Positions 12,500 through 24,312 of a stretch of DNA of 64,000 nt are shown here, in pieces. The notes under the pieces are model-generated. The model searched no databases, was not told the DNA's origin, and saw only the letters and a list, made by a program, of their open reading frames with translations. Location: NCBI GenBank assembly GCA_964270895.1, contig OZ185438.1, one strand, 5' to 3'. Source of the DNA: Podarcis filfolensis. Lineage: Eukaryota. Numbering within the stretch: position 1 is the first letter of the stretch; the number at the start of each line of letters is the position of its first letter. The position numbers and the translations under genes were made by a program.

Positions 12500-14649
12500 C
12501 AAAACAACTTCTGAAACTTTATTGTGAATTTTTCCCCAAGGTACATTTAGTAAATGATCATAGCCTTAAAATCATCAGTTAAAAAATATAAGTTGAAAGA
12601 ACTCCACATTTAAGCAAAGTTAAGTTTCAGTACAGACTTTAAAAGTCACAGAATATAAATATATACAATTATATGAATGAGATAAAATTGCAATTACATT
12701 AGGTTATATATAGATATAGAGATATATTGTAAATAAATAGGGTTTTGATTTGACAGGCATGAGAGGCATACTGCTTTACATTTAAAGTGTTCAACAAAAT
12801 GAAGCAAAAAATGGAATGTAGTACAATTTGTAAATACAGTGATTTTTAAAACCTTGTCTCTTTTCTTCTGTCAATATTTAAATTATAATGTACAAATATC
12901 AATTTTATAAAGGTCAGCCATTAGCTTTCACCAGCCTTGCAAATAAGTCCAAGAAATGTCCTAATTCACATATATGGGGTTTGTTTTGTCTTGTATCATC
13001 CCACCTACCCACACATTTGTGGTATCAAAGAAGCAAAGTTTGTCATGTTTTGCTGTGCAATCACCTGCAAGCAATTCCAATTCATCAAGGCAACTGGGCA
13101 AGTCGGTATTTGCAAGCCTGGCTTTCACCATCCAAACCGAAGCATTACTTTGCTATACATGTGCTTAGTGAATTTCCAGCCGAGTGGTAGATATAAAGTA
13201 GACAAAATATCTCAGATAAATGCATAGAATCTTTTTATCTAAACTACTTACATGATAAATACATAGCAACAGGATTGAAATAGAATGAATATCTGAATTT
13301 TGCAGCTTTTCCCCCCTTGTAAAAGAATGTGTTGAGAAAATGTATTCATTCACCAGTCCAGTGAACATGTACATACCTTTTTGTAAAATATTGCCTACCC
13401 TGTACTGGTACATGGAAGGAGTACACCCCCCACATGAACTGTTATTATTTATGCAATGCTTTCAAACCATGTTATTACTAATCCATAGTGACCACATCAT
13501 ACACACATAGCAGGAATATGTGCTTATTAACTACTGAGGAATAATAACTGTTGAGTAGTAAATAATTATATTGGAATTGTTCCAAGTGAGCACAACTGTG
13601 TTCTTCTTCTTCTTATTTTTTACATTAAGTAACATCATGGTATACAAAATGCAAGTCATGGGCCAAGGGAGGCTGAGGTGGCAATCCTATGTGCACTTAC
13701 CTGGGAGTAAGCTCCATTGGAGTCAATGAGCTTACATCTCAGGAAGATTACACTGCTAAGTTTCTTTTCTATCCCCCGCCCCCATTTAACTGGCATTGGG
13801 TAAACAGGTAGATCAATGTTTCACCTATCAATGTCAAGCAGGTGCTTGTATGGCCTGTTCTTCCCTCCACTTATCTGCCCCAATCCCATAATGAAGATCT
13901 GCAGTCAGAAACAGGTTTTGATATATGCAGCTAATATAGATGGGTAAGTCCATCTTTATCATAATACTCACTGGGTCTCCACTGAACTGGCTAGACACAT
14001 CTTTGGGTGCATGTGGGCATTAACCAACTATTGCATGCAAGACTAGAGCAGGACTATTTGTTTAGATTGTCAGCAGGAGCAAGGTTCTGTTTTCCACACA
14101 CTTTTTTCTTCCCTATGTTGATTCTTCAATTTTTAAGCACATTTCTAGACTTTGTCATTCTAATTCCCACCCATGCTCCTTCTATCAAATCGCCCTCCAT
14201 GTTCTCAGTTTGGTGCTCACCTACTAAATTAGAATGACGGACGGAGGATGAGAACACAAGATAATCTTAAAAATTGTGTTTGTGTGTTTCCAAAGACACA
14301 GCATGTATATTCAATTTAACAATTGTTCTCTTCCTTTTCTGCCACATTAACAAAATTAAGATGCACTTCAGACTGAAAGACAGGGGCAATCCAATGTGGC
14401 TGAAAACACTGCACTTTCATGATTTTTTTTAACCTTTTAAAAAAGGAAAGTAAAAAAGAAACAAAACACACTAAATCTATAAATTAGCACACCAGGGAGC
14501 AAAGTTTGTAGCCTCACCCTCTCCCTGATTGCAAAGAATTTGTTTCTGTGGGGTAACATTCAAAATTTTGCACGCTTGCACTTTGAAATAATATTATGTC
14601 TTTGCACTGCATAATTTTACTGTAGAGTTTTGGTTTTGTGTCAAGTTGC
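12500..14649 (-). other. 3'UTR-like tract ending in a strong poly(A) site
   Basis: U-rich on the minus strand, with TGTATATA (Pumilio-type, 12667-12660) and overlapping ATTTA motifs (12739-12730). AATAAA at 12523-12518 is followed by a GU/U-rich downstream element (gttgttttgt...tttttatttttatttt). Confidence 0.6.
13680..13760. repeat. Short palindromic interspersed element (GCAATCCTA..CACTTACCTGGGAGTAAG.. family)
   Basis: Decayed relatives appear by eye near 11.4, 17.3, 28.2, 48.3 and 50.1-50.2 kb. Confidence 0.5.
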
Positions 14650-14790
14650 TTATTCAATTACCACCAATGAAGTTACTGAGTGTTTGGCTCTGTGTGAAGG
14701 CAAATATGACTTTTCGAAGAGAGATGGAGGTGGCTTGCTAGTGCTGCTACTCTCTGGGGTGTGTTCTCTGTTAGACCTGCTTTGAAGTTC
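14650..14790 (-). CDS. Candidate coding part of an alternative last exon of PCDH9 (ELQSRSNREHTPESSSTSKPPPSLFEKSYLPSHRAKHSVTSLVVIE*)
   Basis: Pyrimidine tract with YTNAY branch-like motifs. The first downstream AG gives a phase-0 start compatible with the exon-2 donor. The ORF ends at TAA 14652-14650 and runs into 3'UTR-like sequence. The acceptor is weak (GAG) and there is no transcript evidence. Confidence 0.4.
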   Translation of the reverse strand, partial: ELQSRSNREHTPESSSTSKPPPSLFEKSYLPSHRAKHSVTSLVVIE

Positions 14791-16143
14791 CTCACATTGT
14801 ACAGAGTAAATGAGATAAAAACTACTTGTATTGGTTTTACCAATAATATCACTAACACAGTGCATGCATTCAGTTCTGCAACTGTTTTTAAAACGTTTAT
14901 TTTATGTAAGATGTAAAATGTAAGATGTAAGATGAATGCATTGTCACATCTATCCTCTTTTAAAACTGTGAAAATAAATGGCATGCAGCTCCTCTGATGC
15001 ACAAGGGAGAGGCATGGAAGAGGGCTGACACATCTTCTTGTCAGGGAAAGCAATTTGCTGAGCCGGCATTTGACTTGCTGCTATATGTATGTCCATAATG
15101 TAACAAGTGGTGAAGGGGAGTTCATACTGTGAGTGTAGAATATAGGATTTCAGCTTTAAATAGCTTGGAAATAATATTTATCTCACTGTTTGGGGTGGGT
15201 GGCAGAAGCAGACACGGGGGTGAGGAAATGTGCTGTTTTGATTTGTTTTGTACAAAGGAGTCCAATTGTTTCACCTAGCTAAGAAGTAAATGAATGAAAA
15301 GTGGAGTCATGGATTCAAACATCAGACAGTAAGGTTATATCACTCATGCTCCACAACCATACTGTGTGCATTGCCAAAACAAGTTGGAAAAGCAGGCATT
15401 ACTTGGCAGGGACAAAAAGCAAAGCATCTCTACTGAGTCTTTTCTAGTTCAAAAATGTAAACAGTGGTTCAGTCCATATTACACTACTTATTGTACAGAG
15501 TTTTTCTAACTAAACCAGCTTGTTGTAATGGTCTTACTTGGTTGGTGGATCGCAGGAAAAAAGGCATCTGGTTTGAAAACTTTCCAAAAATACAACTGGT
15601 TATTTGAAGAAATTCCCCCAAGGTATATGTATGTATTAAATATATTGTAAAGACCACCTCATTTCTATACTGCCCAGCTGCTGAAGCTCTTTGGGCAGTT
15701 CAAAAGATAATGCCAGTGTTCACCTTTCCAGAGATCCACTGCTGACAAACCATAGTTCTGTTATTTGTGCCTTAGAGGGCTTATGCTTATCTGATATAAA
15801 AGCTCAGCTACCCCCATCACAGATATTTTCACAATAGTGCTGCATTCAGTGGAGAAGTTCTTCTCTCTGAGCACAATTGAAATGAACAGGAACTGTGCAA
15901 GAACACTACCATGCACTTGTGCATAACATGCTGACCTTAATCATCTTAAATTGCAACCTGGAAAACAGCATGACCCCCTAGATCACAGGCAAAATAATAG
16001 AGAACTATGCTAAATAACAGGAGGAAGCACTGAAGTAGTAAAGTAATCAGAATAAAAGCTTATTTCTTCAGCAGCTCAAGCTATTTCAGTAGAAAGCTCA
16101 AAAACCCCTGTTGCTAAGTCCAAGATCTCCCCTCATTTATATA

Positions 16144-16369
16144 CAGTGGTACCTCGAGTTAAGTACTTAATTTGTTCTGGAGGTCCGTTCTTAACTTGAA
16201 ATTATTCTTAACCTGAAGCACCACTTTAGCTAATGGGGCCTCCCGCTGCCACTGCGCCGCTGGAGCACAATTTCTGTTCTCACCCTGAAGCAAAGTTCTT
16301 AACCCGAGGTAATATTTCTGGGTTAGCGGAGTCTGTAACCTGAAGCGTATGTAACCCGAGGTACCACTG
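16144..16369. mobile_element. Tc1/mariner-type MITE, family A, copy 2
   Basis: Same TIRs, TA TSD and internal sequence as 10086-10327. Confidence 0.92.
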
Positions 16370-18960
16370 TACACACATTTTTCCATGTTTGGGTCCAGAG
16401 GACAAGTGTGGCAGCTGGATTTAAATTCAGAAGCCTTTGCAACACTGTCCCATATGACGACTGCAAATTGATAAACACATTTACATGTTGGCATGGAGAA
16501 TATACACAGTGTGATGACACCAAGATGAGCTTCACACATTGCACAGCCTAGGCAAATATTTGCCTCCACATATGCACTGGACAATGCCTCAGGCAAGCTG
16601 CACATTCTCCACATAAAGAATGTGGCCAATAAATACACAATCCAGTTGATAAGGGCAAACGGCAAGATTCCCTCTTCACACTTACTTTGGTACATTCTTC
16701 ATGTTTTCATGTGAATGCATACAGTAGTCACCAGTGTTTATGGACCTGATGCATTCAACTGGCATTAATTACAACATATATCTGATATTAATCTAAGGAC
16801 TCAGCTATACAGCTGCAAATGAAATTTGCTGTAAAGTGCAATAAACAAATGTGACGTTAGCTGGTGACAGTGAGCTATGTCAAATTCAATGTATTTTTCA
16901 AAATGTTTTTTTAAAGCATTTTCACAGCCTTTTTTTATAGTTTCCACCCAAATTTCTGACCCTAGATTTAAGGATGAAAATCTACAATTATTGAATTCCT
17001 ACACTGAATTTGTGTCAATGGTGCTCTTCTACTCTTTGGGTCATACCTTGCTTATTAGAGTCTGCAGAGGTCTGTAATGTGTCTAATAAAGGATCTGGGA
17101 CTACACACTTAATGATGTCACTTTTGTGTAAGAGGGCTTATAAATACCCAAGCAGGCACAGTCCTGAATGCCCCTTGCCAATGCCCCTTCCCCATATCAT
17201 ACGACTTTGCAGCAGCAGTGCAGATACTGGAGATGCACTGTCCCCTACTACGGTATTTAGGTCACAACTAACTCCAACATGCGTGAAAATGCAGAATTGT
17301 CGCCAACTAGTTTCTGCTCAGGGTAGACCCAGTGACTTCAATGGACATGCATTAATAAGGTTGACCAATTTAAATAAGTCTACTCTGATCCTTGGATACA
17401 ATCCTTAGCTATATGTAGAAAGGCCCCAGGCCTTAGAGAAGATTATGTGCTGAAAGTCAGGTATCAAGGCTTCGCTGCAATCACCTCTCATCTCAGAGGA
17501 CTCTTGGGGAGTAAAGCAAGGGGCAGAGAGGCCATTCTCTGTCATTCAGGTGAGAACATACTCCAAAGCGGGTAGCACTTTTCAGATGTTCTTACTGCTA
17601 AAGCTCAATCTTTGGGAAGGAGGGAGGGTGCACAGCACCGAGAGAGCAGATTCCATCCCCAAATACAACATTTAGCCTCCTGTGACTAAAATAAGCCAAC
17701 ACATATATGCTTGCCTCTGCAGGGTTCTCAACCACTTGAGGAGGCTCCATGCATGGCAGGGCCTGCACCAAGGGTAGGTATCACATCCCTGCAGAGGGCC
17801 CAGTGCCACTCCTGGTCATTCTCAGCCTCTTTGCTGCCATTTCTCTTCTTTACCTGACACCTCTGAGCATGCAAACAAAGGCAAAAGTGAGGCGAAACCT
17901 CACTCCCCCCTATCCTTGTGCTCTCCCTCTTGAGGGTTGTTGGGATTGGACCCAGTGGATAAGAACAAGCAGCAATGCACTGGCATCCTGAAGTGAAGGA
18001 ACGGGTCCACAGGTGGCACCTTGCTCAAGAACCTACTAAAGCCCAGAAGCAGCATTGATCATAAGTTCATTTCAGACATGGAAATGAATATGTGTAGGTC
18101 AGATGTAGATCCTCAGTCCCCCTAAAGCTCCACAGTAACAGGATCTGAAAAGGGCATGCATTTTAACACTTTCCTCATAATGCCTATAGGCTGTTCATGA
18201 CATCATTTGTTCCCTAAGTAAGTGTGAATTAGGAAAGTATTTGTTTTTTTAACGCAGCTGAAATCAACTTGAGTAATTCCTCTTAGTACAGTGCGGTGTT
18301 TATCCTTTTAAAAATGGAATGCAGCTTAAGACCACATCTCCTTTCTGATTTATAAGAGTAGCTGTGGCCATTGAAGTACATGATAGAGATTATTAATAAT
18401 TACATCTGTATTTTTCAGCCTAATTGGATTTATAAATTGCACACTAGCCCTCAAGCAAACATAAAAAGAACAATGTAAACAGAGCATTGTAGAACACTTC
18501 TTAACCCAAACAACAACAGCTAAGAACAGGATGGCTGATCTGCTTGTTATTGTTATTTTCATCTTTTTAAATCTTTTTCATCTGTTTAAAATATATTGTT
18601 GAGGTTGAGCAAAACATAATTTGGGGAAGGGGAAGCCCATGCATTAGATTTCAGCTGATGCTGGCACATATTTCATGTAGTGCCCCCAACACCTAGATCT
18701 TTTTTAAAAAAGATATCATCATGCTTGCAACACTACTGAAACACCTGTGACTTTTTGCTAGCTGAATTGTGTCACAATTCATGCTCTTCTGCGCTGGTGC
18801 AACATGTTCTATCTCCCAGACACTTCATAAGATAATCTTATGGCAGAAGGTTGCCTACACATGATGCTTCCTGAAGAGTGAGCTCGGGGGAAACCCAGTG
18901 CTGCACTACTCAAATTTATTCTCAACAAATGTTAGGCCTTGATTCTCCGTTCTTGAAGTA

Positions 18961-19202
18961 CAGTGGTACCTCGGGTTAAGTACTTAATTTGTTCCAGAGG
19001 TCCGTACTTAACCTGAAACTGTTCTTAACCTGAAGCACCACTTTAGCTAATGGGGCCTCCTACTGCTGCCACGCCGCCGGAACCCGATTTCTGTTCTTAT
19101 CCTGAAGCAAAATTCTTAACCTGAAGCACTATTTCTGGGTTAGTGGAGTCTGTAACCTCAAGTGTATGTAACCTGAAGCGTATGTAACCCGAGGTACCAC
19201 TG
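18961..19202. mobile_element. Tc1/mariner-type MITE, family A, copy 3
   Basis: Same TIRs, TA TSD and internal sequence as the other two copies. Confidence 0.92.
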
Positions 19203-20525
19203 TACGTCCATGAGAGAGGTCTCTCTCAGAAGAAGCAGGCCTTTACTCAGTAGCACTGCTGTCCAAGTATAAAATGTAATTCTGCCTAAATGTATGCTTA
19301 CATGCCAGGTACACACTGATGTGAATAGACAAGAGAGCCCTATCTGAGGATAAAAGGAAAATATCCATCATAGTCCCCAAGCTGTAAATCTTAATAGAGA
19401 GACTAAAGGAATAAAGTGTTACGTTTCCTTTTGCAGTACTGTAATGGGTCTCCCTGTTGCATGGCTGGAAGAAATCCGTGATTTGATTTACTAAAGGTGA
19501 AAAGTAAATATAGACATCACACATAGATTTTAGCATATGATTTTAATGTGTCAAAGCTGGAGTGCAGCTTTGGAGTGGGGATCATAATTCCCTTAATAAA
19601 ATCAATGTCTGCTGTCGTGAACTTAGGGAGGGAGGGAGGGAGAGAAGGGGAAATATGGGGGTGGGTGTATAGAGAGAGCACCGAAAGCAAAAGAGATGCT
19701 GCCTTGATAGGTAGGCTGTCATCAACCAAAATGTGTTGGCCATTTTTACTGCTTTGCAAGGACTAGTCTTATTTATTTTTCAGAACCATTTAGGAGCTTT
19801 GCCTCTTCCTTTTCTATCTTTTTGGAGACCCATAGCCAGCGCAACACAGAATCTTCTCTGTACACTGAACGGAAAAAAGCACAGTGTACCTCCCATGGGG
19901 CTCTCTTTGTGGAGACTGAGGCACTCAGGCTCAGGGGTGGTAAGTAGATTTTGCCCTTATTGCCAAAATATCCCCACTAGGGATACAGTGTGGTGGCCAT
20001 TCATTTACATGGGAAAAAAGTATGTCCTCTTTAGGGCACCATTGGTATAGTGGCTAAGCCTGTTTTCTGTTCCAAGTATTCACACTTTCTAGGGAGGACC
20101 CTCAGCAGTTTTGCTGATTACAGCACATTTAATATTTCCCATAGAATTTAATGGATGCTCACAGAGTTTCCTTCAATCTGCACAACCTTGCTCCTTCATC
20201 TGCCTTATGTTCCATTTCCATGGTTATGCTTGTGTGTGGCAGAACAGCTGGAAAGGAAATTGGTAGCCCATGAGCTCACTTTAGCCCTCCTCCCACCAAT
20301 TTGCGGTTTAGCTTCTTTCCCCCACATAAACTGAAACACAACAGGGCAAGGGCTCTTTCTCACTCTGCCCACTGAATTCAAATCGAGCAAAAAAATAAAT
20401 AGGGCCAGAAATAGCCTTTGCACACTATTTATCTCCCAGGTCCCAGGCAAAGGGCAATAGAGCATTCGGCAGAGGTTCTTGTATCGTTAGTCATATCCGA
20501 TGCCTCATTCCATTTGCCTGCTTTT

Positions 20526-20730
20526 CAGTGGCAGAGCTTCATGCTCCAGCCCCGGGGGGGGGGGGGCGGAGAGCAGGCGGGGGGGCTGGCACGCATCCCG
20601 GGGGCGTGATGTGCCGCCCATAGGGGCATGGCACCCAGCACGGGCAGGGGGGCAGCCGCGATGGCACCCCGCGGGGACCGCGCTGCCGGGAGCGGTGCGC
20701 TCCCCCCGCATGCCTCTTCCTCCACCAGTG
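20526..20730. mobile_element. GC/CpG-rich hAT-type MITE
   Basis: Degenerate CAGTGGC-type TIRs and an 8-bp TSD CTGCTTTT/CTGCTTAT (7/8 match). Confidence 0.65.
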
Positions 20731-23199
20731 CTGCTTATTTGCACATGCACAGGAGTTAATAGCTGAATTTCATAAGAGGGAAATTCCTTCCACAGCCTTT
20801 GTTACCTTTGGAAGCAGGCAAGGATTAAAGCATCCTTTGACTGTGAATCAGGAGTAAACTGATGGGCAGAGCCTATGCATAGTCCCTTGCCTAAATCAAA
20901 ATGTGGCTTCTGTAAAAACAACAAGTGGTTTGGAATGATACTTAAATATAATTGTGCTTTGAGAATTGGTATCTGATGGCTGGGAATCTGGGATATATGT
21001 GTCGAGCCAATGCATGACTATGGAAGGGGCTCCTTGAGGTAACTGATCACATGTATCCATCACCAACTGATCTTTGTTAGTGGAACCTGGGATACACAGT
21101 ACAATAGGCAAGATTTGATCTCATTATTATCATCCTCAAAATCAACATCTAGTGTTAATGGCAACCATCATCTGGGTTCAGAACATGTTTTGCCCTGTCT
21201 TAGCTGTGTTCCAAATTTCCTTTACCACAGATAAAGCCACTTGGAAGTGACTGAGATCTTAATCTGCCCTGTTCTCTCTGATACTGGCCCAAGTTCTGTT
21301 TCTTTGGTCATATTATAATGCAACAGGATGTTCCAAATTGGCTGAGAGAGAGATTATCCCCAAAGAGACTTGTGATAGTCCTTCACATCTTTGAGTCTTG
21401 TTTCTTAAGATCTCACTGAGCTGGGTATGAGAGCTCAGGACAGAGTGCAAGATTGTTTAGTGCTGTGCCCACAGTCTAGCGATGGTTAACGTACTCTGAT
21501 GTTAAAATACTTAAAATGATAGAATTAGCGATTTGTGTGTTGGGTGACATAAGCAGCTGTGACAGTCTTAGCTCCACTGTTGCTTCCCAGTTGACTTTGA
21601 CACACTTTATTTGAAGACATGCATGTGTAAAGATCAGTAGCAATTGCCAATTTGCCTGGTCTACCACATTACCATAGAGCTACTGCTACAGAAGATTTCC
21701 CCTTAGGTGCAATTTTGTCATACTCCATTAATCCTCTCAGTCCTCTCCCAATCCTGCGGACTTGTTACGTAGTAATCCCCAATTGTTGTGCTGCAGGAAC
21801 ACTGGAAAGTCTCTGCTGTCCTCCAGGCAGAAAATTACAGTAGTAAGTCTATTAAATTTGGCTCCTGCAATGTCCACTCAGATCACTCCCGCTTGTTGCA
21901 GTCATAACCCATAGCCACAATGTCAGAACAAATTATCAGCAGCATCCAGAATGCCGATGCAAAATTAATTTGGTGCCTCCCACAGCCTTGTTGATTCAGT
22001 CCCCAGATGATGGCAGAAATCTAGCTGTATTTTAAAGGATGTTTGGAAATTAAGTCAACACATCGTGAAAACTGGCTTTATTCTTTGTGCATGTCAGGTT
22101 TCAGGTCCCACTGGGGACCTCTATCACATGATAGTATGCAATTTATTATGTAACGTGCTGGCATTCTTCCACCTGAGTCTGTTCAAGAGAGATTACTTTG
22201 GTTGCTCCTTTTTAAGGCTGGACTAGGACAGCATTCAGAAAATGGAATTCTTCTTTGTCTATACAGTCAAGGGTTCTTGAACCCCTCTGAAGTACCAAGT
22301 CCGTTTCCTGTCTTTTGCAGCTTGTCTCTCTCACAGAAATAAACAAACACAATAAATTCACCAGCTAGGCAGAGTTTGATCTCTGTTAGTATTAAATGCT
22401 GCTATAAACCAATGTAGCCTTCCTAGTTCCCTGCACAATGCCCACACCTGCAACCCATCAGGGAAAAACTGATTTTCCACTTGAACAACTTGACAAATAA
22501 AATTAGTAAATCTTTGCTTTAAATTCAGTAGCATTGAATATTAATAGTTAGCATCATAGGGGGTGTATTGCCCCTGTTGTTGTTTTTCATCGTATTTTAA
22601 ATTGTAGCACTTTGCAAAAGTATTTTAGTTTTAAGAGGATGCCCACTCAAAGGAGTAATTAATAATGCTGCTGTGTGTAGCCACAATGGATATATTTACC
22701 ATCTTGTTTGCCTAAGCATGTGCAACATTGGAAGACTTGTGACAAGGACTGTTTTATAGCTTAAAAGTGCCTCTGAGCATGTAAAGACTGCTTTCCCCTT
22801 GTTGCAGAGCAACTGCAGCCTATCCCCAGATAGTTAAGATTGAAGGAGCACCAAATAAGGCTCCGTTACAAATGCAGCCAGAGTGTCTGGTCTTGTTGTC
22901 TCAATCCCTTTAAGAGTGCAAACTAAACTCACAAGTATCTCACATGAAAGCAATTAACTTTTCAGAGTTTTTTTGTGCTCACACAGTCCTTCAAGCACAC
23001 CAGGGAATGTGAATGCTTGCTGAGGTGGCATTTCAAGGGGGACAGATCTCAAGGCGAGGATAGGTGAGATTCATAATAAGGTTCAAAGTCTGTTCTTTGA
23101 TAGGCTTAGAACTGCGCTGGTCACTGGTAACCTCAACAAATGCTCTTAAAATAAATCACTTTGCAATTTGTTGAGGTTACTGTTATGTACCTCATACAT

Positions 23200-23390
23200 T
23201 AGCTTCCTACGCATCGTGTTGTGACCAATGCAGACTCTCAGGTTTCTACAAGCAGCTAGTTCCCGCCCCCCTTCTGTTCCCAAACTCCAACTTTGCTTAA
23301 CACCTCACCTGATGAAGAGTATAGGAGACCTTTAAAAATTGCTCACCGATTGTATCACTTTTGTTAGACCTAATAAAGTATTGCTCAACT
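23200..23390 (+). mobile_element. Degraded Penelope-like pseudo-LTR remnant
   Basis: CCTGATGAAGAG core followed by a decayed GAAAGC region and TTGTTAGACCTAATAAAG, as in PLE termini. Boundaries approximate. Confidence 0.45.
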
Positions 23391-23524
23391 CGGGTTTTGG
23401 GAATTGTACCTCTTAATAACTAGAAATAGATATACACCTAAAGAATATTCACTTGAGGCAAGAAACCTATGGTGGACAGTTGCCTCCCAGTCACCCTCCT
23501 GAATGGTGTTCCTGATTCATACAG

Positions 23525-23527
<3 letters not shown>

Positions 23528-23576
<49 letters not shown>

Positions 23577-24145
23577 GTTATTTATACCCTGCCCTCCCCA
23601 GCCAAGACTGGGCTCAGGGCGGCTAACACCAAATATAAAAACAATTGATTGAAATACTGCTTAAAAAACAAGATTAAAATGCAACATTAAAACATTAAAA
23701 TGCAGCCTCATTTCAATGGAAACTCAATCAAAACTTTTTTGGGGTTAAAAACGTCAAGTATTCACCAAGGCTAACTATCCAGACTGGTCCTACATGGGCC
23801 AGAAAAAAGCCAGGGAAGTCCCCAAATAGGAGTTCCAACACAGAAGGAGAAAGGAAAAAAGAAAGAGGAGGAGGGAATCAAACTGATTCTAAGCCAAAGG
23901 CCAGGTGGAACAGCTCTGTCTTACAGGCCCTGCGGAAAGAAATCAGATCCTGCAGAGCCCCGGTCTCAGGAGACAGAGCATTCCACGAGGCTGGAGCCAG
24001 TGTTGAAAAGGCCCTGGCTCTGGTTGAGGCTAATCTAACTACCTTAGGGTCCGGGACCTCTAGGGTGTTGCTATTTATGGACCTTAAGATCCTCCGTGGG
24101 GCATATCGGGAGAGGCGGTCCTGTAGGTACAAGGGTTCTAGGCTA
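23528..24145 (-). mobile_element. L2 LINE 3' end with (AAT)n tail
   Basis: Typical L2 ORF2 C-terminus (RRILRS...LEVP...TRARAFSTLAPASWNALS...FRRACKTELFHLAF), then a 3'UTR and a microsatellite tail at 23528-23575. Confidence 0.88.
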
Positions 24146-24176
24146 CTGTATTAGCAGATACTGTACTACTGTAAGC

Positions 24177-24312
24177 CAGTGATGGCCAAACTTGGCCCTC
24201 CAGCTGTTTTGGGACTTCAGTTCCCATCATCCCTGACCACTGGTCCTGTTAGCTAGTGATGATGGGAGTTGTAGTCCCAAAACAGCTGGAGGGCTAAGTT
24301 TGGCAATCACGG
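24177..24312. mobile_element. Palindromic hAT MITE (136 bp)
   Basis: TIR CAGTGATGGCCAAACT (14/16 match), perfect 8-bp TSD CTGTAAGC, internal GGGAGTTGTAGTCC inverted motif. Confidence 0.9.

Noticed and set aside
12888-13413. Cluster of 64-100 aa ORFs in the candidate 3'UTR
   Set aside because: No coding character or splice context; the region reads as UTR on the minus strand.
16159-16695. 178-aa ORF sharing a peptide (SGYIRFRLQTPLTQKYYLGLRTLL) with the ORF at 10101-10325
   Set aside because: The shared peptide is just translation of the family-A MITE; no transposase motifs.
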